Assembly (NCBI GenBank): GCA_951406725.2
Contig: OX597819.1
Coordinates: 104,594,001-104,658,000, forward strand
Length of the DNA stretch: 64,000 bases
Reading direction: 5' to 3'
Origin: Octopus vulgaris
Lineage: Eukaryota
The position numbers and the translations under genes are program-made. Below the pieces are notes generated by a model. That model did no database searches. It was not told the DNA's origin and worked only from the letters and a program-made list of their open reading frames with translations. Positions 27,188 through 40,609 of this stretch are shown in pieces. Position 1 is the stretch's first letter; each line of letters starts with the position of its first letter.

Positions 27188-27415
27188 GAAGGCGCGTGTC
27201 TTGATGGTTAGAACTATTTGGCTCGCGTGTTGTGTCTTTGAGCAAGACACTGTAATTGAAAGGGCCAGCTTTGTCGCATTCTCTGTCACGCGGAATCTCC
27301 TTGAGAACTACGTAAACGGTATGCGTGTCTGTGGAGTGCTTAGCCACTTGCACGTTAATTTCACGAGCCGGCTGTTCCGTTGATCGGATCAACAGCAACA
27401 CTAGTCGTCGAAGGA
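27188..27415 (+). mobile_element. tRNA-derived SINE (family C), degraded
   Basis: GAAGGCGCGTG..TGGTTAG head and GTGTCTTTGAGCAAGACAC CORE-like motif. Confidence 0.5.
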
Positions 27416-27478
27416 AAGAAAATATGAATTATTTGGTTCAGCAATTATTCTTCAACTGTCAAATAGCTGAAATATTTA

Positions 27479-27690
27479 CTGTAATCCCTCAACTATCGCG
27501 GGTGTTACGTTCCAAAAACCCCATGATAGGTGAAAATCCGCGAAGTAGAAACTGTACTGTATATTTTTGAAATTATTTTTATAATTTGTATTTATTTTAT
27601 TATAAATGTAAAACAACACCACGGAGGAATGGACGTAAGTTTAAATAATAAACCGCGATAGGCAAACCGCGATATGGCAAGATATTATTG
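27479..27690. mobile_element. Tigger/pogo-type MITE
   Basis: Imperfect TIRs CTGTAATCCCTC..ATCGCGG and CCGCGAT..ATATTATTG with TA on both sides. Confidence 0.6.
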
Positions 27691-28276
27691 TACTACCTTT
27701 CGTGCACGTTTCTTTACCGAATAAAAAAGTCTTTCACTAAAACTACAATAGTTATAGTTGTACAAGAAACACAGCCCTACTATTAATGGGAAATAATAGA
27801 AACAACCACCACATTACTCGACCAATGACGTCTATTATATCTTTGAAATGAAATAATTGTAGTTGGTAGTGTGTCACTGAACTTAACGACAAACATAAAT
27901 AACACATAACCACCTTGAGGACTACACCCAACTTTTGTGTTTACTTTATGTATATCTGAAACCCGTCAATCCACAAACGTTGGCCTTGATTCCCATCGAA
28001 ATCACGCAGTATTGAATAACGACGCAATTTTTCGTAATTATCCCACTGAATAAAACTGCAAAGTAACAAACAGGTACATGGAATTATAATTGCAAACAAT
28101 TGCAAAATCCAATTTTATTTTATATAACTTTCAAAAAGGGACCATAATTCCAGCTTCAGATTGTGGATTGTGACCTGGAAAGTGATTGTAAAAGTGTTTC
28201 TAATAGCATTTTTTGTGAGGTGTGATTTAATCAGTGAAGTTTTTTATTTTATGTAATTCAGTATTTTATGCTTGTA

Positions 28277-29103
28277 CAGCGTGCGACAAAATGATCTGTA
28301 GGTTTAATAAAAGCAAAATGGAGTAAAGAACAAAAAATATGTTTTTATTTACGGAATGTACATATATTGCCATTTAATTTCATTTGGTTTTAAAAAGTAA
28401 ACCAGTCAAGTGGGTGCTGTTATTGTCCACACGCTGTCGAAAGCGTTCACGAAAGTTGTCCATAACTCGACGAGTCATTTCATGTGGAATGGCAGCAATT
28501 TCTTGCCGAATGGCATCTTTTAATTGTTCAATAGATTGAGGGCGATGAGTGTATACTTCTGATTTCATGTACCCACTAAGGAAAAAATCGCACGGGTGCA
28601 AATAAGGTGATCGGGCGGGCTAACCGATGTCACCGCACAATGAGATCAAATGACCGAGTAAAATCTCCCTCAAAATCCCCATCGCAAATCGAAAAGTGTG
28701 GACTGTTACCCCATCCTGTTGAAACCAAACGTTGTTTCCATCAAGTTCATTCAATTTCGGTTTCAGAAACGTTTCTAGCATCACACAACGTCGATCAGAA
28801 TTCACAGTCACTGTAACATTGTCTTCTTCGAAGAAGTTCGGACTCCAAATGAGTAGGTACGGTATCATGTCCACCTAGCCTTAAGTGCACGCGGAACGCT
28901 CTTCGTGTTGCGGTTACAAATTCGTTGCTCACCCGTGCGATACATGCTGGCAAGTGAAAGCGAAATGAAACAAAATATCATAAATTGTACCTATTGAAGC
29001 AAAATGGCATTATATGTGCATTGCGAAAATAAAAAAGACATTGTTTATTCTATTTTACTTTTATTAAACCTACAAATGTGTCAGATCATTTTGCTGCACC
29101 TTG
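28277..29103 (-). mobile_element. Internally deleted Tc1/mariner (maT/rosa-like) transposon
   Basis: ~100-bp imperfect TIRs (CA.GTGC..CAAAATGATCTG), TA TSD, WFQQDG.T.H and PCDFFL.GYMKSEVY motifs. Confidence 0.85.
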
Positions 29104-29939
29104 TATTATTTTTGTAATGATACTGCAAATGGTAATGGTTTGGTTCATCATAATAAGCTGTTTATTATGACAGCGGCCTTGTTAACGCTTACCTAGTCTA
29201 ACATCACCATCTGGTATTTGAATGCTTTTAGTAGAATCCACTTGATTGTAAGCATTCAGTTTTCAGTTTGAGAATATCTCCTTCCTCTTTCGAACTACTT
29301 TCAGTGGCCTTCACACAGCAAGGGACTGTTTTTTTCATGACTGTAAAACTTAAATTATATCACATTGTAACTATGTGAAGTACCACTGCATTGCATTGAT
29401 ATTCTAGTAACAATTTAGGAATAATCAAAGTTATCAATAATAGAAACTCGTGTTATCACATGAGTAAGTTTTATAATATAATATCCTTTTTACTTCTCTT
29501 GATGTCATTGTATTTGAGATACTAACTTTGCTATTCCAGAAGTATGGAAACCACATTATAATGGGATATTAAATATATATTGCACATATCTTATTTACGT
29601 TTTTTAACTGAGTAGTTTATTAGTTATAAGCAGGCCTATTGCGGAGACCTCGATCCCGTATACCATGCTCACATTAAACATGAGCTGCTTTCAGCTAGAG
29701 CCCTGACAATGGCTCCAAATTCTAGAGGGCCACACTACCACTGAGGTTCTCCTTTGGTGACAAGTCAATTTTAACAGAACTAGGTCAGTATTCTAAAGAT
29801 TAGCTCTTCTTTTCATGGCTACAAAATATTTCAACCCTTAACAATGAAATGATAAAGTGGGGACCACAATGGAACATTGACTCAGTATTTGGGATACTGT
29901 TGCCTCTATGTAATCGATCGCACCCCCAAGATAGCTGCT

Positions 29940-30310
29940 AGTCTAATTGGCATGACATCACTCACAAAAACGCTCTAGGCTCTCACCCACAGACATCCCG
30001 CCAACTTCCCCCGTCTTTTCTAAAATTGCTATAAAAACTTGTCTCCAGGGGCTGGTTATTCCCGTACTCCTTCCAATCAAACATTCAATTGCCTCTCCAT
30101 TCCTCGCTACCAGTTTACTTTTCTCACGAAGCTGCATCATGTCTTATACTTCAGAAGATCGGCCATTAGGAATTTCTCCCGCGCCTCTTGTCTTTCCTGC
30201 AGGAATCGAAATACAACAGTTGAAATGGGCCCTCAACGGCACCAGACTCACTAAAGTCAGAGGGTCAGCAAAAGTCACATCTTCTCCACCCAGCAACTAA
30301 AACGATTAGG
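29940..30310 (+). mobile_element. Possible CR1/L2-group LINE 3' relic
   Basis: Weak resemblance to the SL.HRR..LF..Y C-terminal motif; heavily degraded. Confidence 0.3.
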
Positions 30311-31879
30311 AGAATTATAATGAAATCAAAGTGATATATAATTGACATTACAGTGACAGTAACGTTGATGAATTTGTGTTAGAAATACTGTATTTAACTC
30401 ACTTGTACAGCCAGTGTTTTCTATATTCAGGTTTGTGTCCAAACTGCAAAAAATGTGTTTGATATATTGTAAAAGCGAAAGCTAATGCAAACTATAAGCT
30501 TATAGAAACTGTCTTTATAAATATATTCACATAAAATATCTCCTCATCCAAGGAATCTGTAATCTATTAATTGGATACAATCAGTAATATAATGTGTAAG
30601 TTTGTGATTTAGGACTGGCTCTCACGATTGGCTAACTTTACAAATTAATTGGATTTAACTCCTTGACTGTATGAGAACAATTAAATTCTGAGGATGGTTC
30701 ACATTTTCGCATTTCAAGTTTTATGTATTAAATACAATAAAATTCGTGTAATTTAATTAAAATTACCAATGTTAATTATATGGACTTATATTGGCATATG
30801 GATACCAATTTGTCTATGGTTATCATATCAATTTATAATTCGAATATCAATTGACAAACTCAAAGAAATTAATGGGCCAAAACCACTGAAAAATGTGTTT
30901 TCAGTGCTACATTATTAATTGATTTTAGAAATAATAATCTTGTAATAATTCTGCTTGTCATTATGTTACTTGGCCCGTCGGGAATGTAATTGTAACGCTT
31001 TCACGTGATTAGTTGAAAGGAAAGAGAGAAAGAAAACGGAGAGAATAAAAGAGGATAACGCGAAGAGTGAAACAGAGGGAGAGAGAAGCGTACATGACTT
31101 GAGGTAGGGGAAATGTAATGATTTTAGTGGGGGATGATGTTCTGGTGTTGAGGTTAAAGAATGACAGAGAGGGGAGAAAGAGAGCAAGAGAGAGGGAGGA
31201 GAGAAAGGCGGGAGGGAGAGGAGAGGGGGGAGAGAAAGGCGGGAGGGAGAGGAGAGGGAGGAGATGAACGTCGTGGTGGCGGTGATGGTAGTGATGGAGG
31301 TGGTGGTGATTGGATAGTGAAAGTATTTTTTTAAAAATTGAACTAAGTGCTTTTTTGTATCACCCATCACTTTACGTATGCGCATAAGTGCAATTCCGTG
31401 AAATATTCAGGCTTATTTACGTGGCAGATATATGCAACTTAACTAAAGTTAGTATCATATGTACGGGATATTTCTTTTGTATATGGGAAAAATAGAAAAA
31501 TAAGAGTGAATTTTTATTTCATGAGTGTTGCGTATTAAGTCTATAAAATTGTGCATAAAGTATATAAAGAGCATTGAATAATCATTCTATTCTGATTTAT
31601 TTCACTTTTCAACGAATAGCAGACAAGCGGCTAACTTTCCTTTCAAACACAACACAGGCTAAGCTTTCAGGTTTTTTGGATAAAGTTTGTAGAAATAGGT
31701 TTACCATTAATTCCGTGAAATATTCACGAGTGCTGCTACTAATAATCATTTATTGTGTCGGGCATACTTGGATTGAGTTAGTATCTTTGAAGGATGGTGT
31801 TTATCACTGGTAGCCAGCTAAATTCTAAAGTTCTTACTCAGCCGATGGGTACAACAAAATAAAATGTGCACTTACCATG

Positions 31880-32370
31880 ACACCAATGGATGATTCCTTT
31901 CCATAACGATGTCACCGGTCAGAGTAAAAAATATTTCCAGAGGAATTGAAACAGCCCCGTGTTTACGAATAAGGCGCCGTCTAGGTGGAAGAAATATGCT
32001 ATGTTCTGACATGTAAAAGCATGTGCTCACCGATAAACAATGCAAAAAATAACTGTACTACAATAGCATCAACCTGGTAAACATTACTTACTCTATTCAT
32101 CTATATATGATAAGTGTGCTGTTGATTACTCAACAGGAATGCTCCCGGAAGAGAGAGTACAATTAGCAATAAGATATGTAAGAACATCAGAGAAGCACAA
32201 ACCTATGAATGACATGCACAGTAGTGCTGTGAAGAACTGATATACAAGTGTTGCAGGGTCACAGAGTCAACAAAAATGTTTTAATAGGATGTGAACGACT
32301 TTGATGACTACTCGTGAACATTCCATTGCTGGCAGATTCCTTGATATTTACACTTTCTTTGTTAACCATA
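31880..32370 (-). pseudogene. Possible MFSD1-like MFS transporter relic
   Basis: After a frameshift the minus strand reads LCDPATLVYQFFTALLCMSFIGL (cf. MFSD1 LCDPSRLAHRLLVLLLMCFLG) and later VVQLFFAL (cf. GQVVFAL); many stops. Confidence 0.3.
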
Positions 32371-32545
32371 GTAGCATACACCTCTATGAATACAAATGTA
32401 ATCCACTTGATACAAGTATTGTTACATAATATTTGTAATGGATACGTGAACGTGTTACTGCTGGGGCTTGCGAATTCAGAATAGAATATAAGCAAGAGAA
32501 GTAGGATGGACTTATAACTTAATGAATTCAAAATTTTAGTTATAA

Positions 32546-32599
<54 letters not shown>

Positions 32600-32663
32600 T
32601 CCCGGGTTGATTCGGGGTTAACCACAGTAAGTAAGGTACTCAATACATAGCAGAGTAAAATTA

Positions 32664-32792
32664 ATTTATTATATAGAAGGAGCTTCTACAGGACTAGTAC
32701 TGTTTCATTCAAGAGAAATCTTCAGGAATCTGCTTCCTGAAGATTTCTCTTGAATGAAACAGTACTAGTCCTGTAGAAGCTCCTTCTATATA

Positions 32793-32798
<6 letters not shown>
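32664..32798. repeat. 65-bp-arm fold-back with partial HHR core (PLE terminal fragment)
   Basis: Arms 32664-32728 and 32734-32798; CTGAAGA-TTTC..GAAT-GAAA-CAGTACTAG-TC; between (TA)n tracts. Confidence 0.65.
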
Positions 32799-32837
<39 letters not shown>

Positions 32838-34629
32838 AATACAGTGTACATTCAAACACATAAGAGATGACCAATGATAGGACATCTGACTCACTAGAAA
32901 GAGCAGTTAAAACTCCAAGCCACAATAGTTGCAATTCTGAAAGGGAATGAAAGATAAAATCATTTACCCTATTTTGTTTGATATTTTAAAATACATTCAT
33001 TTTTGGATGGAAAATTGTGATTTCTTTGCCTTTTGTGCAAACTGTCAAATTTAGCTCGAACAACTTGCATGGAATGATGGTTTTAAATTTTGGCCCAAAT
33101 CTAGTAATTTCAGGAGAGGGAGTTAGTCGATTACGTCGACCCTAATATTCAACTGGCACTTATTCCATTGACCCCGCAGAATGGAAGACAAAGTCGAACT
33201 CGATGAAATTTGAAATTAGTGCTTGACTGGTGCTTATTTCATCGACCACGGAAATAGGAGTCAGAACGTAAAGACGGATGAAATGCCGCTCAGCATTTTG
33301 CCCAGAGCGTTAACGATTCTACCAGCTCACCACCTGAAATGTATGAAATATTAGATATGTGTAAATAATAGTAAATGGACCACTATAAAAAATTAAATGT
33401 ATATAAACATGACGATTTAGTAAAAATAGTCAGAGGAGTAAAAAACAGTATATGTACTTGCGCAAAGCCTTATCTGGTGACTTTACGGGAAAAGCTTTTT
33501 CGATTAGGGGACAGTATTTTCTGAATAACTCGACGCAACTGTCTCTCTCTGAAAAATATACAAATTTGATATTTCATTTCTTTTCCTCAAAAAATTATCG
33601 ACAACAACGTAAGGAAATATTGCATCATAAAACATAATGCAAGATATTTAAATCTGGTGTTATTTTTTATCTTAGTTACAAACTCTGTTATGTATATATT
33701 GGTGACAACGATACTTTCTGCATGTGAGTTGATTTTGTGTGTGGTGATAGATGGAGTTACGTTAGATAGATTTAAAGCAAAATCCTATAACAACTACCCA
33801 TTTTCATACCCTTATTTGAAGATGGTTCATAGATACACATTTCTGCTAATAATTCAAAATTAATATAATTAAATTGCAAGGGCAATTAAGTCTATAGTCT
33901 CTTTGAAAGGAGTCGAATCAGTCGGTCTCTTTTTATCTGTCAGCACACGTTTTAAATCCGATCAGACGTCTGGATGTAGAAAATAAATCGGGATTATTTT
34001 AAAATTGAAAAAAAAGACAAAAGTCATTATTCATAAATTTAGCAATATTTTGAATTTTCAAATTAAAATACGTACTAGGTCAAATTACTGCTATGTATAA
34101 CTATTCATTCATACTTTCAGATATTACGAAATTATTTCAAGTCAGAAGTAAAAGTTATATTTAAGTCTGTTGCCTAGTCTCACTTTTGTATACTTGCCCA
34201 TATAGTAGAAATCAACTTTGTATTTTGTAATCTGCTAAAAGTGTGTTCAAATCTGAATATATTTGATATGCGTCATCCTTAGGTCGATAAATTTAGTACC
34301 AGCGAAGTAGTGTACTCCACTCCGAACAATTATTTCTACTCTTGCATCAATGTAGTAACACTAGTAAATATCTATACGTCCTTGCAAATGTTCGTATCCG
34401 GATATGTTATTGGGTATTCCCTTACACCTTCATAGCAGGTTGATCAGTATATTCCTTGGTAGTGAAATCCTTGTATACGTGCTACAAATTTGACATTTTC
34501 GTTCTTTAGTTCTTACATATTCTGACCATAAATATCAAATATCACATGATACACAATAAATTTAAACACTTAATTCTAATGTTATCCAAGGTATTTGTTG
34601 TAATCTATAACATTGATGTCAAGAATAGA

Positions 34630-35680
34630 ATGGATGCTATAAAATTTTGTGATGTGCACGAAAAACTGTTGGGCAAGTGTTCGGGTCTTAATGGTATATT
34701 AAAAATAAAGCTTATAATTATTATTAAAGTATTGCTCATTTTCTGGATTTTAGTGTTACGTTTATCTGAAAATAGTTTTAGGTCTCTTGTGAGTATTTAT
34801 AATTTCGATAATTCTCTTACGACGTGTTCGTGTTTTTCAGTTTCTGTATTGTTAACGTTGTTATGCAGAAATACATAAAGATTATTGTGCGGGAGAATAA
34901 AGTTGTTTGGTAAGGTATGTTGAATATATTTTTCTATAATGCAATCACATTCCTAATATTTTTCAAGGAGATTCTAAGTGACTTTTTAAATAAAAAATTA
35001 TTAGGCAACCAGCGTCAAAATATTTCAGTGTTCTGTAAGCCTAAGTAGATTTTACGAATGAGCTATATATAATCTATAATTTCGAGGCAATTATAAATTT
35101 TGAGCGATTCAGTATATCTCGTCTAAATCAGTCTTTTTAACACACACCTAACCCTTTGCTTAATATCGGACTCATCGATTCTCTTCACGTTATTTTTTTA
35201 ATATACTAGTAGTAGGTTGTATAGTGGACAAAAACACATATGTGGTTAAAAACACAAACACAAATTATTACAAGTTTACACCACTGGTATCAAAATAATT
35301 CATGGTACAAAATGGTTTCGATTGGAAAAATGTTAAATCGCTGATATAGAATTTTACCACATTTAGACAACTTCATACAAAAAGTAATTTCCAGTAACGT
35401 CAGCCTTCCCAACAACATTCTTATATTGCATGTGCTTAAGAAGAACTCGTTGCTTTTGAACGATTCTTAACCGGATTTGTTTGCAGTGGCGTCATTACTA
35501 TTCTTATTGAGCTGCGCTCCCAGTGTTATCATTACTTTATGCAATCCCAATTATACACCAAATAATCTGATATCTTTAAACCATAAGCATTCCTATGCCG
35601 CACTAATACATACATATAACATTAGCCTGTACATTATAGGTCGTCAAAATTATCTAAAGAGAGGCGACGAAAAGATTTTC
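34630..35680 (+). pseudogene. Probable intronless class A (rhodopsin-like, peptide/srw-type) GPCR pseudogene
   Basis: Ordered TM-like relics: ILVLR (TM1 end), FSVSVLLTLL (TM2), FCK..AIINFERF (TM3/ERF), PHLDNFIQKVI..NILILHVLKK (TM5), LFAVASLLFLLSCAPSVI (TM6), HTYNISLYII (TM7); stops and frameshifts between them. Confidence 0.5.
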
Positions 35681-36259
35681 GAATGGTATCATATTTCGCA
35701 ACATGTTGTGACCCAAAATAACCCCATAAATGATGATGATCACGTTGAAAAATGGAAATTAAAATTATTTTACTTTACCAGATTCAAATGTTGTTCAGTA
35801 TAAACTTATGAACAGAATAAAATACCAGTAATACGTTTGAAAGTCTGATCTCGTTCTACATAGAGATTTTTCTCTCACCATATATCCTGCGTTGATTTTG
35901 TCTAGTCGTTATCTTTACGGGTTATACACGGTTTCGAATTATTATCCTTTAACAATAGTGGCTGTCTCCGTGTTTTATTTGAACTGCAGCACGTTTTACA
36001 TCTTTTGTGATAACAGTAGTAACATTTGTCCTGATTTTGTTTAGCCACCTGTTGGCACACTTCAGAACTAGTCCGGGAACATTTTGGTACCACATCATAT
36101 GTTGCAATATTCTTGTGTCTATAAAATATTTTCTTTACACTTTCAAGTACTATGTACAAGTTCTTGCTTTGCAATGCTATTTTAATTTTGTACATCCATA
36201 TACACATACATACATATGTGCAGACACACATACATACATACATACATACATACATACAT

Positions 36260-36343
<84 letters not shown>

Positions 36344-36344
<1 letters not shown>

Positions 36345-36630
36345 AATGAAAGAATGGAGTCGAACGACGATTTAACAAAATTCCTTTATTCTCGACACAT
36401 GTTTCGTAAACTGCAGTCTACGAAACATGTGTCGAGAATAAAGGAATTTTGTTAAATCGTCGTTCGACTCCATTCTTTCATTTATCTATAGTAAAAAAAC
36501 ACACAAATTTCCACACGAAAGCACGTGATTTCTGCCCTTGGCATGTAGCTTCAACCGTGCTTTCTGACGTAAATTTGCTACCCGGGTATCGGTTAACCGA
36601 ATTATCCATACTAGGATAATTCATTCAACT
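36344..36630. mobile_element. 140-bp palindrome plus tail, PLE terminal fragment of the family at 42890-43150
   Basis: Palindrome 36344-36483 includes GAAACATGTGTC (HHR 3' half); arm and 36490-36600 match the reverse complement of ~42915-43090. Confidence 0.7.
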
Positions 36631-36636
36631 ACTTAA

Positions 36637-36704
<68 letters not shown>

Positions 36705-36719
36705 GGGTTATCCTCGGTG

Positions 36720-37110
36720 TAACTTTTTCTCAGCTGGTCTGCATGTCGTTTGAAATTGAACACTTGTCCTTTTGCCATTTTTTACCATATAGATCGTTTT
36801 CTAAGTTCTAATACAAATAATACCGTCCTTCCATTATTGTTTTCCATACCTGTATGTTTCAAAAAACACTTTTTCGCCTGCTTCAACATTTTTAGGCTTA
36901 GCGCTTTTTGTCATTATTGTTATCCAAGTTTTTTTTATCCTGTCTTTTCGGTTTAAAAAATTGGTACAGCATTCTCTTTTACCACAAATTTTGCTTTTGT
37001 TTTCGAACATGCACCTAGTTCATCTGAAAACACATCTGGGAATACTTTCTTTAATTCTTGTGCCTGTAACTATTACAGTTTTGCAGTAGTGGTTAATGGG
37101 TAAATCCCAG
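36720..37110 (-). mobile_element. Gypsy/Ty3 pol fragment
   Basis: Minus strand ELKKVFPDVFSDELGACSKTKAKFVVKENAVPIF, the pre-RT segment of Gypsy pol. Confidence 0.6.
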
Positions 37111-37123
37111 AGATCGAATTTCT

Positions 37124-37240
37124 CTAACCCTAAAATCCTAACCCTAAAACTCTAATCCTATCCCTAAAACCATAACCTTAACCCTAAAACCCTAACCCTA
37201 ACCTTAAAACCCTAACGCTAACCCTAAAACATTAAAGCTA
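37124..37240. repeat. Degenerate (CCCTAA)-like repeat inside a dispersed repeat (~37120-37545)
   Basis: ACCCTAA/AAACCCTAA units. Confidence 0.7.
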
Positions 37241-37714
37241 AAACCAGTACAAACGCACCAACGATGTCATAAATAACAGTGACAAACGAAAAATCCACCA
37301 ACGATAGTTGTTGACAAACAACGGCAGTAATTTTATTCTACTGAATACACGTCATTGATTGGTTGAAATTACCGAAATACGACTACTTTAACGTGAAATA
37401 ACTTCGTAAATATAAGTTTTTCTCAAAAATGCTAAGAGTAAAAGACGTTTTATATGACACATTCTACCAGTGTCCGAAGTTTGAAAGTGTTTAGTTACAA
37501 AAGATTATTTTTTAACTCTATAGGTCAAAAGGTAGGGATCCAATGTCTTTGATGTTTTAGCCTGTATGTTTGATAATATACAATGTAACAAGAGTTAGTT
37601 ATCTTATTATAACCGTTCGCACAATAACAATCCGATATTCCAACGCGAGGTCAATAACGAGACTAACGCTCTCAAAGTTCGACCGCAACTGTCTACCTTA
37701 GAAGTGCAAGGGGC

Positions 37715-38352
37715 CTCTGTAGAATGTGTGGGAAGAGGGTCAAAAGCGTGATTTACATTGTTAGTGCTTGTGAAATTCTTGCGCAGAAAGAGTACAAGCG
37801 TAGATATGACAAGGTAGTCCAAAACCTCCACTGGCTATTATGCCGTAAGTATGGATATGAGGTTACGGGTGTTTGGTACCAACAAACCCCAAAACAAGTA
37901 ATGGACAAAAAGGTGAAAGCAAATATCCTCTGGAACTTTGACTTCTAGACAGGCAAGGCATTAGAGCACCGAAGGCCGGATATAGTAACCTTTAGGAGGG
38001 ATAAACAATAATAATTACTTAATAATTGACGTGGCAGAGCCAGGAGATCAACATATCATCATGAAAGAAAGAGAAAAGGTTAATAAATATGGGAACCTGA
38101 GAATTGAGTTCGCTAAGATGTGGCATCTACGAGAGTCAAAGATAAAGGTTATCCCTATGGTCATCAGAGCATTGGGTTCAATACCACCCATTTTGAAAAA
38201 AAAACATCTGAAAACTTTAGAAATACCCTACAATCTAGGTGTATTGCAAAAGTCGGCATTACTTGGAACTGCACGCATATTGCGTGAAGTTCTGTCTGCC
38301 TGAAGACATATCTTCAATCAACAACCTCGCGATATTTTATACTGTGCGACGT

Positions 38353-38355
<3 letters not shown>
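37715..38355 (+). mobile_element. R4/Dong-like RLE 3' fragment
   Basis: CRMCG..VSACEILAQKEYKRRYD, RPDIV..IDVA, LQKSALLGTARILREVLSA*; (TAA)n tail. Confidence 0.85.
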
Positions 38356-38410
<55 letters not shown>

Positions 38411-39780
38411 ATTAGTAAGAAAATATATGTACTCGTAGAATTCTGTGTTTGGTTCACGTATGGGATAGGTACTTTTAGCTTCCGGACAAGCTTTTTTTTA
38501 AAAATTCAGGTAGACGTCAACCGCTGAAACATAAAATTTGACATATTCTTTCATTACATTCTCAACAGTCTTGACATATTCAAGGAATATCCCATAATGC
38601 AACAGAGATTACAACATTTAATTCTATCGATAATCTATGTTATCATTCGTAATCTATATTACGTGGCTTGTAATAAAATTGTTCATAGACTTTTGTGATT
38701 TTTCGCGTAGCAAATGTTGGAAGGTGTTCAGTTAGAATAAAAAATATAATTATCATAATCTGCACCTTTTACAAGGTTTGGTATTACGTTTTAGATGTTG
38801 TTTATTGGTTTACGGTGCAGTATAGAAATCTTGTGCACTTAAGTTCTTATGTAAAAGAGATAAGATAAGAACTTAAGTTCTTATCTTATCTTTTAGGTTA
38901 CTTTATATATTAGGTATTAATTTCGCACAAAACTTTTTAGCACGTCTTTTGCATATAATTAATTACTTACATTTTGTGTATATATGCGTGTTGCCTTATT
39001 TTTTATGCTTTTACTTACATAAAAACAAATTCTCACTTGTTTACTCAGTAATATATTGTTTTATTATTTTATTAATTTACTTTATTTTAGGCTTCTTGCA
39101 TTTTTATTTCATCTCTATTGTATTTATACTGAATTGTATTGCACCTAAAAGAATGCACTATAATACTATATCATATTAATTTTAAATACTACTTCTCCAT
39201 AATATAATTAACTATCTATAATATACTGCTATCACGTTCATATAACCACCTTCACAATTTATTTTATTTAATACTCTAGAGGGAGATATTAGTTTAATAC
39301 CATACCTTATTCTTTATTTTAATTCTTATTTATTTTTATAACTTCAACAAATATGCTACCTTCCCCTCCTTGTATAGTTCATACCATGTTCTTTCTCTAT
39401 AGCATTTATCAGTTAACGGTTTGGAGCCGTATACTCAACACACTGGTACATGAAAATCTAATGGTATATCTTTATCCAACTCAGATGACATTCAGCTTTA
39501 ATATGTTTTAAATTATGCCGATTGATTTCTAATGTCTTGAATCGAAACGGCTGTCAGAGATAATGTCCAATTTTATAATTAATAAATAATTATTAATTTG
39601 ATTATCTCTCTATTTTCTTTGTTTTTCTTTAAAAAATATATATAAAACCCTGTTTATCCAGTTACTTTATAGTTGTATTTTAATTGTAATATTCAATACT
39701 TCTTGTGATAGGTAATAAACCAGTATATTCATTGGATTTTATTATCCCTTAATGAGGTTTGCAACCTATATTTGAACTTA

Positions 39781-40200
39781 TAGCACGCCGGGTGAAATGC
39801 TTAGCGGTATTTCGTCTGCTGCTACATTCTGAGTTGAAATTCCGCCGAGGTCGATTTTGCCTCTCATCCTTTCGGGGTTGATTAAATAAGTACCAGTTAC
39901 GCACTGGAGTCGATATAATCGACTTAATCCGTTTGTCTGTCCTTGTTTGTCCTCTCTGTGCTTAGCCCCTTGTGGGTAGTAAAGAAATAGGTATTTCGTC
40001 TGCTGTTACGTTCAGAGTTCAAATTCCGCCGAGGTCGACTTTGCCTTTCATCCTTTCGGGTTCGATAAATTAAGTACCAGTTGGGTACTGAGATCGATCT
40101 AATCGACTGGCACCCCTCCCCAAAATTTCGGACCTTGTGCCTAAACTAAGGAAGAATTACAAGGCGGTGAGCTGGAAGAAACGTTAGCACGCCGGGCGTA
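39781..40200 (+). mobile_element. Family-A SINE, tandem/dimeric copies
   Basis: Two bodies (GGTATTTCGTC..CCGAGGTCGA..CATCCTTTCGGG) followed by a new head at ~40162. Confidence 0.75.
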
Positions 40201-40609
40201 AATTACCACATTAGTGGACTGCCTCGTATTATGTTGGAAATCAGTCATATATTAAATGATCCACTAACAAACTTTGAGCGATTTTCCATTATAACATCGA
40301 TGCCTGTTTAACAACAGTCATGTAGTGCCTCAGTCAATGACAGATCCTTATTGAAATATAAGGTATTGGTGTATCTCAGGCAACTTATTTGTGGTCTAAT
40401 ACAGAGAGATAACAGAGTAACGCCATAGTAAGATGGCGAGGGGGAGTGCTATGCTAAGAAAAGTAAAGCTTAGTTAGACCTATCTAAATATTATACCCCA
40501 AGTAATTATTTCTAGTTTTATGCAATCCTAAGGAGTAATAGTATTAAACAGCTGATGATATTACTATACATATAGGCACAGGAGTGGCTGTGTGGTAAAT
40601 AGCTTGCTT

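Noticed and set aside
37124-37240. Telomere or fusion site
   Set aside because: Short, degenerate and embedded in a dispersed repeat.
38855-38895. Short palindrome AAGATAAGAAC/GTTCTTATCTT
   Set aside because: Low-complexity AT-rich hairpin with no further support.
39478-39560. Functional hammerhead
   Set aside because: Core is CAGATGA and stem I is weak; probably a dead PLE HHR.
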